From positions 1-55,845 of IMG/VR virus record IMGVR_UViG_3300025674_007203: a stretch of 55,845 nt of DNA; one strand, 5' to 3'. The stretch's first letter is position 1. Each line of letters opens with the position of its first letter. Below the pieces are notes generated by a model that had not been told where the DNA came from, did not search any database, and saw nothing but the letters and a program-made list of their open reading frames with translations. Source of the stretch: a virus. Its lineage: Duplodnaviria > Caudoviricetes. The position numbers were made by a program, and so were the translations under genes. Positions 9,618 through 18,973 of this stretch are shown piece after piece.

Positions 9618-10233
9618 GCGAGGAGACAAGGAAAATAAAAAAGATTTTATGACAAGGTGCATGGGAGACTCACAAATGTCAAAGGAATTTCCTGATTCTA
9701 GTCAAAGATATGCAGTGTGTATGGGACAAAGCAAATCTTCTCTATTAAAGCAGGTATGTGATATTATTGAAGAAAATAGTTTGGGGAATACCGAAGAAAT
9801 TACTCCATATAATTTTATTATTCCAGAAAATAATATGTATGTAGATTTTGAAGAAGATACAGAAGAAGTTTTAGTTAATGCTATTGCTTCTTTTATTTAC
9901 AAAGATCCACATACAGATGAATTATTCTACTTTAGTTCAAAAGCTAATCATTATAGAGATAATATCCAATTAGAATATGTGTCAGAGGCAGCGGAATATC
10001 AAGGAAGAAAAGTAACTTTAAATAAACCATTTAGAACTCCAGATGGACCTAAGAAATTTAGCGTATACGTTAAAAACGATAAAGGTAATGTTGTAAAAGT
10101 TAATTTTGGTGATCCTAATATGGAAATCAAAAGAGACAATCCTGCTAGACGAAAGAGTTTTAGGGCTAGGCATAATTGTGATAACCCTGGACCCAAATAT
10201 AAAGCAAGGTACTGGTCGTGTAAAAAATGGTAG
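9604..10233 (+). CDS. phage protein with conserved basic C-terminal module (possible internal head protein)
   Basis: N-terminal MPLPK..FMTRCM..QRYAVC and C-terminal AEYQGRKVTLNKPFR...RRKSFRARHNC...YWSC modules recalled from large aquatic phages. Confidence 0.7.
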   Translation: MPLPKRGDKENKKDFMTRCMGDSQMSKEFPDSSQRYAVCMGQSKSSLLKQVCDIIEENSLGNTEEITPYNFIIPENNMYVDFEEDTEEVLVNAIASFIYKDPHTDELFYFSSKANHYRDNIQLEYVSEAAEYQGRKVTLNKPFRTPDGPKKFSVYVKNDKGNVVKVNFGDPNMEIKRDNPARRKSFRARHNCDNPGPKYKARYWSCKKW

Positions 10234-10478
10234 AAAAACTAATAGATGAATGCGAAGACCATTTAAAAAACAACAACATGACCTATGTTGAACATTTTAA
10301 ATTTGCTTCTTTTCATGGTTGGTTATGTATTAAGGCCGGGTTTTTCCTTTTGGTTCATAGTATTCTTCCTTGTTTTTTTCAAAAAACAGGCACTAGATTA
10401 GTTCATAAATTAGAGAAAGTATTCACCGAAAGAGAAAACGAGATCAATGAACTTAAATCTGATACTATTAAACGATAA
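10227..10478 (+). CDS. small membrane-associated protein (DUF6356-like)
   Basis: HL...MTYVEHFKFA...HSILP pattern. Confidence 0.65.
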   Translation: MVEKLIDECEDHLKNNNMTYVEHFKFASFHGWLCIKAGFFLLVHSILPCFFQKTGTRLVHKLEKVFTERENEINELKSDTIKR

Positions 10479-11100
10479 GATTAAAAATTTAACATACGAT
10501 ACTGTTTTTACTGAAAAACCAATGAGTAATCTTATTGATTTTGATTATAAAACAATTCTTTCTCCACCGCCAGAAAATACAAGCTCAAAAACACAAAAAG
10601 AGCTTGCAATAGTATCAAAATTTACACTGAATAGAACACAAGAAGACTTAAAATTAATTTATAATATGGATGTTGATATGGATAGTTATTATATCAACTT
10701 TCTAAAGAAAAACAATCTAAAATATCCAGAAAGATATATCAATTTATTTTATGATGTTGTAGAACCAGTATTAATGAATGCTAAAAGTTTTTGGAATAGA
10801 CCAAGACCATCCCAACTTGCAAAACTATATGACATACCTATTAGAGTTATAGTTACAGATACTATACATACAGCATCGTATCCTTCTGGACATACGGTGT
10901 ATAGTAAATTGGTATCGAATATACTTTCTGATATTTATCCACAATATTCAAAAAGTTTTGATAAAATAGCACAAAAAACAGCAGAAGCCAGAATTAAACA
11001 AGGTGTTCATTATCCAAGTGATAATGCTGCTTCTTTTGTTTTTTCTGACTATGTATATAGTAAATTACAACCGAAACTCAAAAAATATATGCAACAATAA
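10447..11100 (+). CDS. PAP2-superfamily phosphatase/haloperoxidase-like protein
   Basis: K..WNRPRP, SYPSGH, RIKQGVHYPSD: all three PAP2 motifs. Confidence 0.85.
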   Translation: MNLNLILLNDKIKNLTYDTVFTEKPMSNLIDFDYKTILSPPPENTSSKTQKELAIVSKFTLNRTQEDLKLIYNMDVDMDSYYINFLKKNNLKYPERYINLFYDVVEPVLMNAKSFWNRPRPSQLAKLYDIPIRVIVTDTIHTASYPSGHTVYSKLVSNILSDIYPQYSKSFDKIAQKTAEARIKQGVHYPSDNAASFVFSDYVYSKLQPKLKKYMQQ

Positions 11101-11114
11101 AAAGGATAAAAACT

Positions 11115-12257
11115 ATGCCCTGCAATCATTACATCTATAGAGATCCTAGTACAGGTAGCTTTCGCATTGCCAAATCAGGAACAGACTTTTTCATATACAC
11201 AGACTGCGGCTCTGGAGATTGTCCAATATGCGACACTTGCCAACTAGAAGATGGATTATGCAAATGTTTGGATCTAGAAACAATAACCAACATATCACTA
11301 AATGGAAGCGCACCAACAACACCACCTACCAGTGGTTACTTTTTACCTAGATATGCTACTGTTACTATAGGAGGAAGTGATGTTACAACAGCGACGGTAT
11401 TAGAATGGGAGCTTTGGAGTCCTTCTGGAGAATGTGATTCAGGTGTCGAACCATTTGGTGATCCAACACCGGTCGTTTATAATCCGCTTTCTACTGGTAT
11501 GACTGTTACTTGTGCTGGCGGTTCTTTTAGTACTGGAGGAACCTTAGAAATAGAATGGAATGGGGGTGGATGGGATTGGGACTGGCAATATACAGTTAAT
11601 GATTGTGGAGGAGTAAGTGGTCGCGGATGTAGTGGCGGTACAACAGCATCAAACGAACCCTTACAAGTAAGATACAGAAGAGCATACAATGATTTTGTTA
11701 CATTAGAGACCCAATACTGGACTGTACAAGAAAATTGTGATTTTGGTGGTGGTGCATATGGCAACAATGTGACATTATCAGTTGCTTTTAATCCAACATG
11801 TAGACCACCGGCAACCGGAACATATTGTAATTGTATAGATGAAGATTATAATGTTATAGATCTCTCCACACTAGACACATACACTGCTCCAGAAGAATCT
11901 GGCGTTGACTGTTGTGGCAAACCTATTGATATTGATACAAACTGCGGTGATGTTGGATCTATGACTTCCTGGGTTCTTTACTATGCCCCATACTCCGGTA
12001 CTGTTCCAGTAATTAGTGGAGTAGCCTATGATACTATTGATATTCCAGATGGTTCTGGAATAGAAGTCATTGAAGTGAAAACCTTTTCATCACAAAATGA
12101 AGCAAGAACATGGGTATGTAACTATCTCAAGTTTGCAACAGTTGGTAATAGTTGGCCGACTGATCCCGATGACTTAGAATATAACTGGCCGTACAACGAC
12201 TTGTATTTTAATGCTTGTGCAGGTGGAGTCGGCTCTATCAATCTGGTCCCATGTTAA
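11115..12257 (+). CDS. Cys/Gly/Thr-rich hypothetical protein, possibly virion-exposed
   Basis: 380 aa, AAGGA RBS; role inferred from composition only. Confidence 0.7.
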   Translation: MPCNHYIYRDPSTGSFRIAKSGTDFFIYTDCGSGDCPICDTCQLEDGLCKCLDLETITNISLNGSAPTTPPTSGYFLPRYATVTIGGSDVTTATVLEWELWSPSGECDSGVEPFGDPTPVVYNPLSTGMTVTCAGGSFSTGGTLEIEWNGGGWDWDWQYTVNDCGGVSGRGCSGGTTASNEPLQVRYRRAYNDFVTLETQYWTVQENCDFGGGAYGNNVTLSVAFNPTCRPPATGTYCNCIDEDYNVIDLSTLDTYTAPEESGVDCCGKPIDIDTNCGDVGSMTSWVLYYAPYSGTVPVISGVAYDTIDIPDGSGIEVIEVKTFSSQNEARTWVCNYLKFATVGNSWPTDPDDLEYNWPYNDLYFNACAGGVGSINLVPC

Positions 12258-12269
12258 AAAGGAAAATAA

Positions 12270-12788
12270 ATGAGACATCATCAAATTTTAAAAGGTATAG
12301 AACAATCTTTGCAGAGCAATAGGCTGGAATACGAAAGAAAAAACATGTACTTTCCTTCTCCAGTTGCAGAAGACGATAAGATGATGGTTTCTCCAGAAGA
12401 AATAGAGGACGAAACTCCAGAACAAGAAATGATGGAATATAAAGAAGATTTTTACAATATGAGTGTTGGTTCTATAAGAGCTATAATGAGAAATGCACAA
12501 AATATTCTAGAAAATCTTGAGAATCCACAGGTCAAAGAAAACTTGACAGAGAGCTGGTTACAGGGTAAAATAGCAATAACTGAGGACTACATGAGAACAA
12601 TTCACGATTTTCTAATGTATGTCTCGGAGGCTGCCGATACTATTAAAGCAGCAGATAAGCCAGGATTATGGGAAAATATCCGAAAAAAAAAGGAAAGGGA
12701 AGGGAAAAAATATCGTCCCGCAAAACCAGGGGATAAAGACAGACCAGATCCAGAGGCTTGGAAAAAGGCTCAAAAGCCTAAAAAATAG
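12270..12788 (+). CDS. phage hypothetical protein (possible internal head protein)
   Basis: SWLQGKIAITEDYM and KPGLWENIRKKK...RPD..AWKKA modules. Confidence 0.7.
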   Translation: MRHHQILKGIEQSLQSNRLEYERKNMYFPSPVAEDDKMMVSPEEIEDETPEQEMMEYKEDFYNMSVGSIRAIMRNAQNILENLENPQVKENLTESWLQGKIAITEDYMRTIHDFLMYVSEAADTIKAADKPGLWENIRKKKEREGKKYRPAKPGDKDRPDPEAWKKAQKPKK

Positions 12789-12838
12789 ATCATTGTGTAA
12801 TTTTTGGACCAGGAATTTTTAAGGAACTAGGAGAGCAT

Positions 12839-13501
12839 ATGTCTGTACAAATTGAGGGCGTCGGCAAACAAAAGATTAAGTATAGAGATCATAACGAAGT
12901 AGATTTCTATTGTCTATCAGAATATATAACACTTGCTAAAAAATCTATTTCTAAATTCGCTAATACCTTTTATAATGGATTAGCAAGGAAAATGCTGAAA
13001 GACGAAGACGCTATTAGTAATGTAGCATATTGTCTAATGCTTGCAGATTGGAGATTTGACGAAGACTATCAAAATAAGAATAATAGGCAAAAGAAAACGA
13101 AATACTCATATCGTAATCAATGTGCTATCTGGGCTATTCAGAGTTATATCACAAAAAATTATAACACAAAAAATTCGTCCAAGAAGAAAGTTTATTCATT
13201 AGACTATAAGATTGATGAAGAAACTAATAGTACTTCATATGATTATATACCTGATTCAAAGAGCATAAATCCGCTAGAAAATATTCTACAAAAAGAAGAG
13301 AAAACAGAACTAAGGAATTTTCTAGAAAATCTATTTGAAGAAAACTCTCTGTCTAGAAAACAAAAAGAATATATTAAACTCTATTATTATGAAGATCATA
13401 CTTTTGAAGAGATTGGCAAAAAGTTTGGATTAACAAGAGAAGCTATTAGACAATCAATCAAAAAGGCTCTCTTGAAGATTAAGGAGTCATCATATGTTTG
13501 A
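12839..13501 (+). CDS. phage-encoded sigma70-family sigma factor
   Basis: Region-4 HTH LSRKQKEYIKLYY...TFEEIGKKFGLTREAIRQ; region-2-like RFD...YSY...IWAI; YSLD. Confidence 0.8.
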   Translation: MSVQIEGVGKQKIKYRDHNEVDFYCLSEYITLAKKSISKFANTFYNGLARKMLKDEDAISNVAYCLMLADWRFDEDYQNKNNRQKKTKYSYRNQCAIWAIQSYITKNYNTKNSSKKKVYSLDYKIDEETNSTSYDYIPDSKSINPLENILQKEEKTELRNFLENLFEENSLSRKQKEYIKLYYYEDHTFEEIGKKFGLTREAIRQSIKKALLKIKESSYV

Positions 13502-13886
13502 TATTAATATTCATATTGTAATTTTTACAACAGATGTACAGAACAATAAAAAATATGTTTTGTCTACAAACAAGGATAATATTAATTTACCACAAATGAA
13601 AGTAGATCAACAAAAAAAAGAAAATATTGATCAATCCATATGTGAATTTATTAGACAAAAACATTTATTTCTGAGTGATTATGAAATTTTGCCTCAGTTT
13701 GTGTCTTTTCATTCTAAAGCTTTGTCTCAAGCAGAAAATAGCATAGATATGGTATATGGTAGTATTGTTCCTTTTGACTGCCAAAAGAATGATGAAAATT
13801 GCTATTGGTTAGAATTTAATATTGGGGAACTTGAAAATTCTGAAAAATCCTATTTAATGATGAATGTTATTAGGAGTTTAATATAA
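13494..13886 (+). CDS. hypothetical protein
   Basis: 130 aa, coupled to neighbours. Confidence 0.7.
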   Translation: MFDINIHIVIFTTDVQNNKKYVLSTNKDNINLPQMKVDQQKKENIDQSICEFIRQKHLFLSDYEILPQFVSFHSKALSQAENSIDMVYGSIVPFDCQKNDENCYWLEFNIGELENSEKSYLMMNVIRSLI

Positions 13887-14281
13887 TGTTTAATTTATTC
13901 AAAAAAAGTAAGACTGATATTCACACAAAATCTACAGATAATTTTAATATTAGTATGGAAGATAATACTATTTTATTCTGTGTGGACGACAGCGATGAAT
14001 TAACCATCAAAATAAGTGCTCAAAACTTAAAGAAAAAAGATGCCAAAAAATTTGCTGAAGTTTTATGCTTTATAGAAAATGGTCTGTATAGATCAATGAT
14101 CCTGAAAATGTTACAGGATATGGCTGCTGAAGACCCAGATCGACAAGAATTTATTAGTGAATTAATTTTGTTCTGGTCTGAATATATTGACACCTACAAA
14201 GATTTGACTTATAATAAAGAAGGACCAGTAGTTCCGCCAACAAAGTTTTCTATGTTGGTTCACCATTCGGAATCAAAATAA
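13886..14281 (+). CDS. hypothetical protein
   Basis: TAATG overlaps on both sides. Confidence 0.75.
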   Translation: MFNLFKKSKTDIHTKSTDNFNISMEDNTILFCVDDSDELTIKISAQNLKKKDAKKFAEVLCFIENGLYRSMILKMLQDMAAEDPDRQEFISELILFWSEYIDTYKDLTYNKEGPVVPPTKFSMLVHHSESK

Positions 14282-14682
14282 TGCAAGAACCACTGATTGT
14301 ATGGGAAAAATGGATAGATCCTTTTGGTCAGGCTTTAGAGGAAGCTAAATGGACAGATTATGAAAATGAAATAGATACTATTGATGATATAGAATATGTT
14401 GACGATGAAGAAATGGAAATGAAGCCCATTAAAGCAATTGCTACTCCAATGGGTATTATTCCATACAATGAACTGACAGCACCTTCTAGTCTTTTTAATT
14501 TTTGGGTAGGGCATACAAATTTCGATATTAACAAAAAAGTTGCCAATATAATCGACAAATCTGAAGGAGTGGAAATATTAGATATTTTTACTAGGTATCG
14601 TTTTAGGATTGGAATTGGAAAATGCTTTAATGACAGTGAAACTATGAAATTAATCAATGATAAAATCTATAGAGAATTTTAA
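14281..14682 (+). CDS. hypothetical protein
   Basis: TAATG overlaps, 133 aa. Confidence 0.75.
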   Translation: MQEPLIVWEKWIDPFGQALEEAKWTDYENEIDTIDDIEYVDDEEMEMKPIKAIATPMGIIPYNELTAPSSLFNFWVGHTNFDINKKVANIIDKSEGVEILDIFTRYRFRIGIGKCFNDSETMKLINDKIYREF

Positions 14683-15338
14683 TGAATATTAAACATAGTG
14701 ATACATTATCAGATTTTCATGACTATGGAGCAAATATAAAAACCAGAGAGGTCTTTTTACAAAATTATCCAGAAAATGGGGAAAATCCTGGCATTGAATA
14801 CAGAGCAGCTAACAATTTCATTAAAAATATTCGTGCGTTAGACCTAGCTTCTAATAAAGATATTTTAGTTCACCTTTATAGCATTGGAGGAGAATGGAAT
14901 GATTGTATGGCAATGTTTGATGCGGTCAAAAGTTGTTCATCAAATGTTGTAATGGTTTCTTATGCTCAAGCAGAATCCTCCAGTTCTATCATCCTACAAT
15001 CTGCAACAACCAGAGTATTAATGCCTCGGTCTTATGTTATGGTTCATTATGGCAGTAGTGGTTATTCTGGTGAATATAATAATGTTCATAACTGGAGTGA
15101 TTTTGAGAAAAAGTATGTAACAGAAACAATGATGGATATTTATGCTAGCAGATGTATGAAGGGAGCTTATTTCAAAGAAAAAAATTATAACACAGATCAA
15201 GTTAAAAAATATCTATATAGGCGATTTAAGCAAGGGGATTGGTATATGGACCCTGAAGATGCTGTACATTATGGATTTGCTGACGGTGTATTAGGAAGTA
15301 GAAAATATCCTAATATAAACTGTCTCGTAAATAACTAA
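14682..15338 (+). CDS. clpP: ClpP-like serine protease
   Basis: HLYSIGG..AMFD, QAESSSSIIL (catalytic Ser position), MVHYG (His), DWYMDPEDAVHYGFAD. Confidence 0.8.
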   Translation: MNIKHSDTLSDFHDYGANIKTREVFLQNYPENGENPGIEYRAANNFIKNIRALDLASNKDILVHLYSIGGEWNDCMAMFDAVKSCSSNVVMVSYAQAESSSSIILQSATTRVLMPRSYVMVHYGSSGYSGEYNNVHNWSDFEKKYVTETMMDIYASRCMKGAYFKEKNYNTDQVKKYLYRRFKQGDWYMDPEDAVHYGFADGVLGSRKYPNINCLVNN

Positions 15339-15339
15339 G

Positions 15340-16011
15340 GTGGAACCCTTAATGTATGTTGATTTTGCCATCATTGACACAGACAACGAAGATAAAAAAG
15401 TTAAAGAAACCATATGTTCTGCTTTGAAATATAATATCAATAGCATAACAGTACCATATTATTTACTTAAATCTTGTAAACAAATACTAAAAAATTCTAA
15501 GGTAGATTTAAGTTGTTTAATAGATTTTCCCCTTGGTATTTCTGACAACAAAACAAGATGCTACGCTATAGAACAAGCAATCTCTTGTGGAGCAACTAGC
15601 GTCGATATTAGTATGCCCCAAAATTTAGCTGCTAATAGAAAATACGAAAAAATTAGAGAAGATATTAGAAATGTTAAAACAATATGTTCAAATAATATAA
15701 TCATTAAGTATATTCTTGAATATAGATCTTTTGATCATAGATGTCTTAAAAAAATATGTTCTATATTTGATGACTATAAAATACAATTTGCCACACCTTC
15801 AAGTGGATTTTTCATAGATAATTTAGCAGATAACCTAATAGCCTCTTCTTTTTTACATGAAAACTCTAAAGAAATTCATGTTATAGCCACCGGCAATGCC
15901 TGGACAGAGAACCATTTTTCAATTCTATATAAATCTGGTGTTTATGGATTTAGAACATTTAATTTGGAGTCATTGAAAAAATTTAATAAATTCGTACTGA
16001 TGAATAGCTAA
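15340..16011 (+). CDS. DeoC-like aldolase-fold protein, apparently lacking the catalytic lysines
   Basis: IDFPLG, GATSVDI, KYILE retained; KTSTG replaced by TPSSG. Confidence 0.7.
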   Translation: MEPLMYVDFAIIDTDNEDKKVKETICSALKYNINSITVPYYLLKSCKQILKNSKVDLSCLIDFPLGISDNKTRCYAIEQAISCGATSVDISMPQNLAANRKYEKIREDIRNVKTICSNNIIIKYILEYRSFDHRCLKKICSIFDDYKIQFATPSSGFFIDNLADNLIASSFLHENSKEIHVIATGNAWTENHFSILYKSGVYGFRTFNLESLKKFNKFVLMNS

Positions 16012-16069
16012 TTTTTGGTGTATTGATTTCTATAGAGCTTATATCTCAAAACTTACAGAGGAGAAATAA

Positions 16070-16642
16070 ATGGCTACCGTACAAGTAAATGGCAGTGGAG
16101 TTACTCCGACATCAACAGTAAATGATGGCGGCGTTATGAAAGCAAATGGAGGAGACGTAGCAGGTGCTCCACTAAATACTAATGCAACAGCAAATCCAGA
16201 CTTGGGAGTCTTTGCTTCTACAGTAGTGAGCGGAGTTAATGCTGAACCAGCTATTTCTGGTGGTGAATTTGCTCATAATCATGAGAGACCACTATCATTT
16301 TTAGTAACAGAAGAACTTGCTGGACTAGCAAATACAGCATTACAAAGTCCTGCTGACAATAATGAACTTGTTCGTAATCCAGCACCTTGGGAAGTTATGC
16401 GTACTCGCAGACTTACCACCGCTATCAGACAAGGCAAGTTTAATTTTTATGCTGGCACATTTGAATCAGGATTTCCTGTTACCGAAGTTGATCTGTGGTG
16501 GGATATCGCTGCTGATACTGGAGTTTCTGGCGTACCTGACACAGCAGCAACTCCTACACAAGACGTTCCAGGTTATCTTGATTATCTATATGGTGGTCCA
16601 ACTCCATCTGGAGATCAATATAAAGCTAGAACACTTTGGTAA
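16070..16642 (+). CDS. hypothetical protein, possibly structural
   Basis: GAGGAG RBS, Ala/Gly/Thr/Val-rich, 190 aa. Confidence 0.8.
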   Translation: MATVQVNGSGVTPTSTVNDGGVMKANGGDVAGAPLNTNATANPDLGVFASTVVSGVNAEPAISGGEFAHNHERPLSFLVTEELAGLANTALQSPADNNELVRNPAPWEVMRTRRLTTAIRQGKFNFYAGTFESGFPVTEVDLWWDIAADTGVSGVPDTAATPTQDVPGYLDYLYGGPTPSGDQYKARTLW

Positions 16643-16678
16643 AAAAATATTTAAAAATAACAAGTATTTCTACACTTT

Positions 16679-16715
16679 AAAGAGCCATTCTACCCTTAGA
16701 GTATTATGGCTTTTT
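16679..16715 (+). terminator. possible intrinsic terminator
   Basis: AAAGAGCCAT...ATGGCTTTTT inverted repeat after the 16642 stop. Confidence 0.4.
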
Positions 16716-16743
16716 AATTATTTTGTTAAGATTTGGAGACAAA

Positions 16744-17079
16744 ATGTTTTTATTTGCTAACGAAACAATTTTTAGTTTTTGGCAAAATATAGCAACGACG
16801 GCTATCGGTGTAATAATAACATTAGTGGCCTTTTGGGCTGGTGTTATTAGACATATGGCAACAAAAGATGATGTATGTGAAATGATTAAAACAAGGAGTC
16901 CATATGTTCATGACAGAAATTATATTATGGAAAGATTAGCGGTTAATAAAGAAATGCAAAGAGAGCTATCAGATGCTTTGCAAAGAAATAGCGAAGTAAT
17001 GAACGATCTTAAAATACAGATAGCTACGTTAGCTAAAACTCTAGAAACAGTAGAATATAGATTAATAAAAGGGGAATAA
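16744..17079 (+). CDS. single-TM coiled-coil membrane protein
   Basis: Hydrophobic N-terminal helix, heptad-like C-terminus, GGAG RBS. Confidence 0.75.
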   Translation: MFLFANETIFSFWQNIATTAIGVIITLVAFWAGVIRHMATKDDVCEMIKTRSPYVHDRNYIMERLAVNKEMQRELSDALQRNSEVMNDLKIQIATLAKTLETVEYRLIKGE

Positions 17080-17081
17080 TT

Positions 17082-17318
17082 ATGGGCACGGCAATTCATT
17101 TGGCTAAAAGCGGAGAACTTATTAATAATTGTTTAACTGTTGTCGGATTGCCTCCAACCGGTCCTTTTGATGGAGTTCCTAATTATAAATTAAGTTTTCC
17201 ACATTGTATAGTTAGTGAAGAAAACACAGCATATATTACAGGTGTATGGGGAAGTGGGCTAGACAACTCATTTGATAACAATTATTTCTGCTGCGATGTT
17301 GATGGCGGTAGTGCCTAA
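17082..17318 (+). CDS. hypothetical protein
   Basis: 78 aa filling the gap, GGGG RBS. Confidence 0.65.
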   Translation: MGTAIHLAKSGELINNCLTVVGLPPTGPFDGVPNYKLSFPHCIVSEENTAYITGVWGSGLDNSFDNNYFCCDVDGGSA

Positions 17319-17335
17319 AACAAACGGAGGCAATT

Positions 17336-17671
17336 ATGAAACCAAATTATAAAACTAGCGAATTTTGGTTTACTGTTGTCAGTTTTGTTATTAGTGGATT
17401 ATATCTATTGGGTTTAATTAGCGACTATGATCAAAAAGAAGATCTAATCTCAGATGTCTCTCATGGAGTTGAAAGTATAATTTTGCTTTCTGGTCAATTT
17501 GGAATATTATATAGATACATACAAACGAGAAATGAACAGAAGAAAAGTCAAGATGATTTAGAGTTAGCCAAACAAGTTGCTTTACAAGTTGAACTAGAAC
17601 TAGAAAAAAGAAAAAAGGAAAACAATGAAAAGCCAAGAGCTGATAGCACAGGAAGTAAAAAAATTAATTGA
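17336..17671 (+). CDS. holin-like membrane protein
   Basis: MKPNYKTSEFW followed by hydrophobic helices and a charged tail; holin role is inference. Confidence 0.6.
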   Translation: MKPNYKTSEFWFTVVSFVISGLYLLGLISDYDQKEDLISDVSHGVESIILLSGQFGILYRYIQTRNEQKKSQDDLELAKQVALQVELELEKRKKENNEKPRADSTGSKKIN

Positions 17672-18017
17672 AACAGTCAAAACAAGTCTCTCTGATATGA
17701 AAAGGATTGCTTTATCAGAAGCATGGAAAATACTACAATTAGCAATATCTTCGGTAATCCAAATTATAGAAGCTATTGGAAAAGATTTAAGTAGTCCAGA
17801 CAAAAAGAAACTTGCTATGGATTTACTTAGTGAGTTCTACGACAAAGTATTTTTAGTTGTAGATGTTCCAGTTGTTCCAAACTTTTTAGAGCCAGTAATA
17901 CATAAATATGTTAAAGCATTTTTGATGCTACTTGTTAGTTCAACAATTGATAGTATGGTTACTGTTTTTAGAAATACAGGAGTATTTGAACCTAAAAGAC
18001 CATCAGTAGAGGTATAA
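17625..18017 (+). CDS. hypothetical helical protein
   Basis: 130 aa, AAGGA RBS. Confidence 0.75.
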   Translation: MKSQELIAQEVKKLIETVKTSLSDMKRIALSEAWKILQLAISSVIQIIEAIGKDLSSPDKKKLAMDLLSEFYDKVFLVVDVPVVPNFLEPVIHKYVKAFLMLLVSSTIDSMVTVFRNTGVFEPKRPSVEV

Positions 18018-18018
18018 A

Positions 18019-18453
18019 ATGAATTACACACAAAGTTTCGAAGAATTTTCCGCAGGATTAGGCCCAACAGATTTAGCATTATATGCTGGAGTAGGAGTTG
18101 TTTTATTTGTATTATTTAAGGATCAGATGAGTCCCGTACAAAAATTTCTTTTAGACCTATTTAATAAGGCAAAAGATACTGTCACAGACTTAACTGAATC
18201 TAAAGTAAATACACCTGTTCCTGCTCCTGTAGCACCTGTTCCTGGGCCTGTCCCAGTGACTCCTCCACCACCTGCTCCTGTTCTAGTAAGACCAGATAAT
18301 GATCCAAATAAAGTATTTTTTGAAATGGTAGCATCATGGAAACATACTAGAGATTTAGCGGTAAAACATGGTTGTGGAGAAGCAGTAAAATCACTTGATG
18401 ATACATTCCAATATCTTGCCCCAACAGTATGTGAAGGAGATAATAATGAATAA
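18019..18453 (+). CDS. membrane-anchored protein with Pro-rich linker
   Basis: TM segment LALYAGVGVVLFVLF and PVPAPVAPVPGPVPVTPPPPAP linker. Confidence 0.75.
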   Translation: MNYTQSFEEFSAGLGPTDLALYAGVGVVLFVLFKDQMSPVQKFLLDLFNKAKDTVTDLTESKVNTPVPAPVAPVPGPVPVTPPPPAPVLVRPDNDPNKVFFEMVASWKHTRDLAVKHGCGEAVKSLDDTFQYLAPTVCEGDNNE

Positions 18454-18973
18454 AAGTTTTGCATTAGTAATAGGAGTTGTATTAATAGCTGTTGGTGTTT
18501 TTAAACCAGATTTATCCAATCTTTTGCCTAATAACGGAGGAGGAGACAGCGTGGTAGTGCCATCAGTAGAATTCGCAGAACCAACTGATCCAAATCTAAT
18601 GGCATCAGCATTAAAAGTTGCAGATGCTTTAAAAATTGGAGAAAACCATAAAGAAGATGGATTAGCTCTAGCGAAACTTTATCACGATATTGCTAGACTA
18701 ATAGAATTAGACGGAGATAACGAAATTGTTAAAACTACCACAGAAATTGCTGAAGTTAATAGTGTTGCTGGTAGACTAATGAATCTTCAACTAAGAGGTC
18801 AGTATCCAGATTTAGCAAAAGCAGCAAAATCTCTTGTTGTAAATGCTCTGAATGGAGAAGTTGACGCAGAAGAATCAGAAGTCGATGTTGCTGTACTCAA
18901 TGCAGAATCACGATCTGTTGCAGTTGCGGCATTTGACGCATTAGCATGGGGTTGTTTTGAAGGGAGCAAATAA
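18446..18973 (+). CDS. membrane-anchored or exported hypothetical protein
   Basis: AAGGAG RBS, N-terminal hydrophobic helix. Confidence 0.75.
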   Translation: MNKSFALVIGVVLIAVGVFKPDLSNLLPNNGGGDSVVVPSVEFAEPTDPNLMASALKVADALKIGENHKEDGLALAKLYHDIARLIELDGDNEIVKTTTEIAEVNSVAGRLMNLQLRGQYPDLAKAAKSLVVNALNGEVDAEESEVDVAVLNAESRSVAVAAFDALAWGCFEGSK

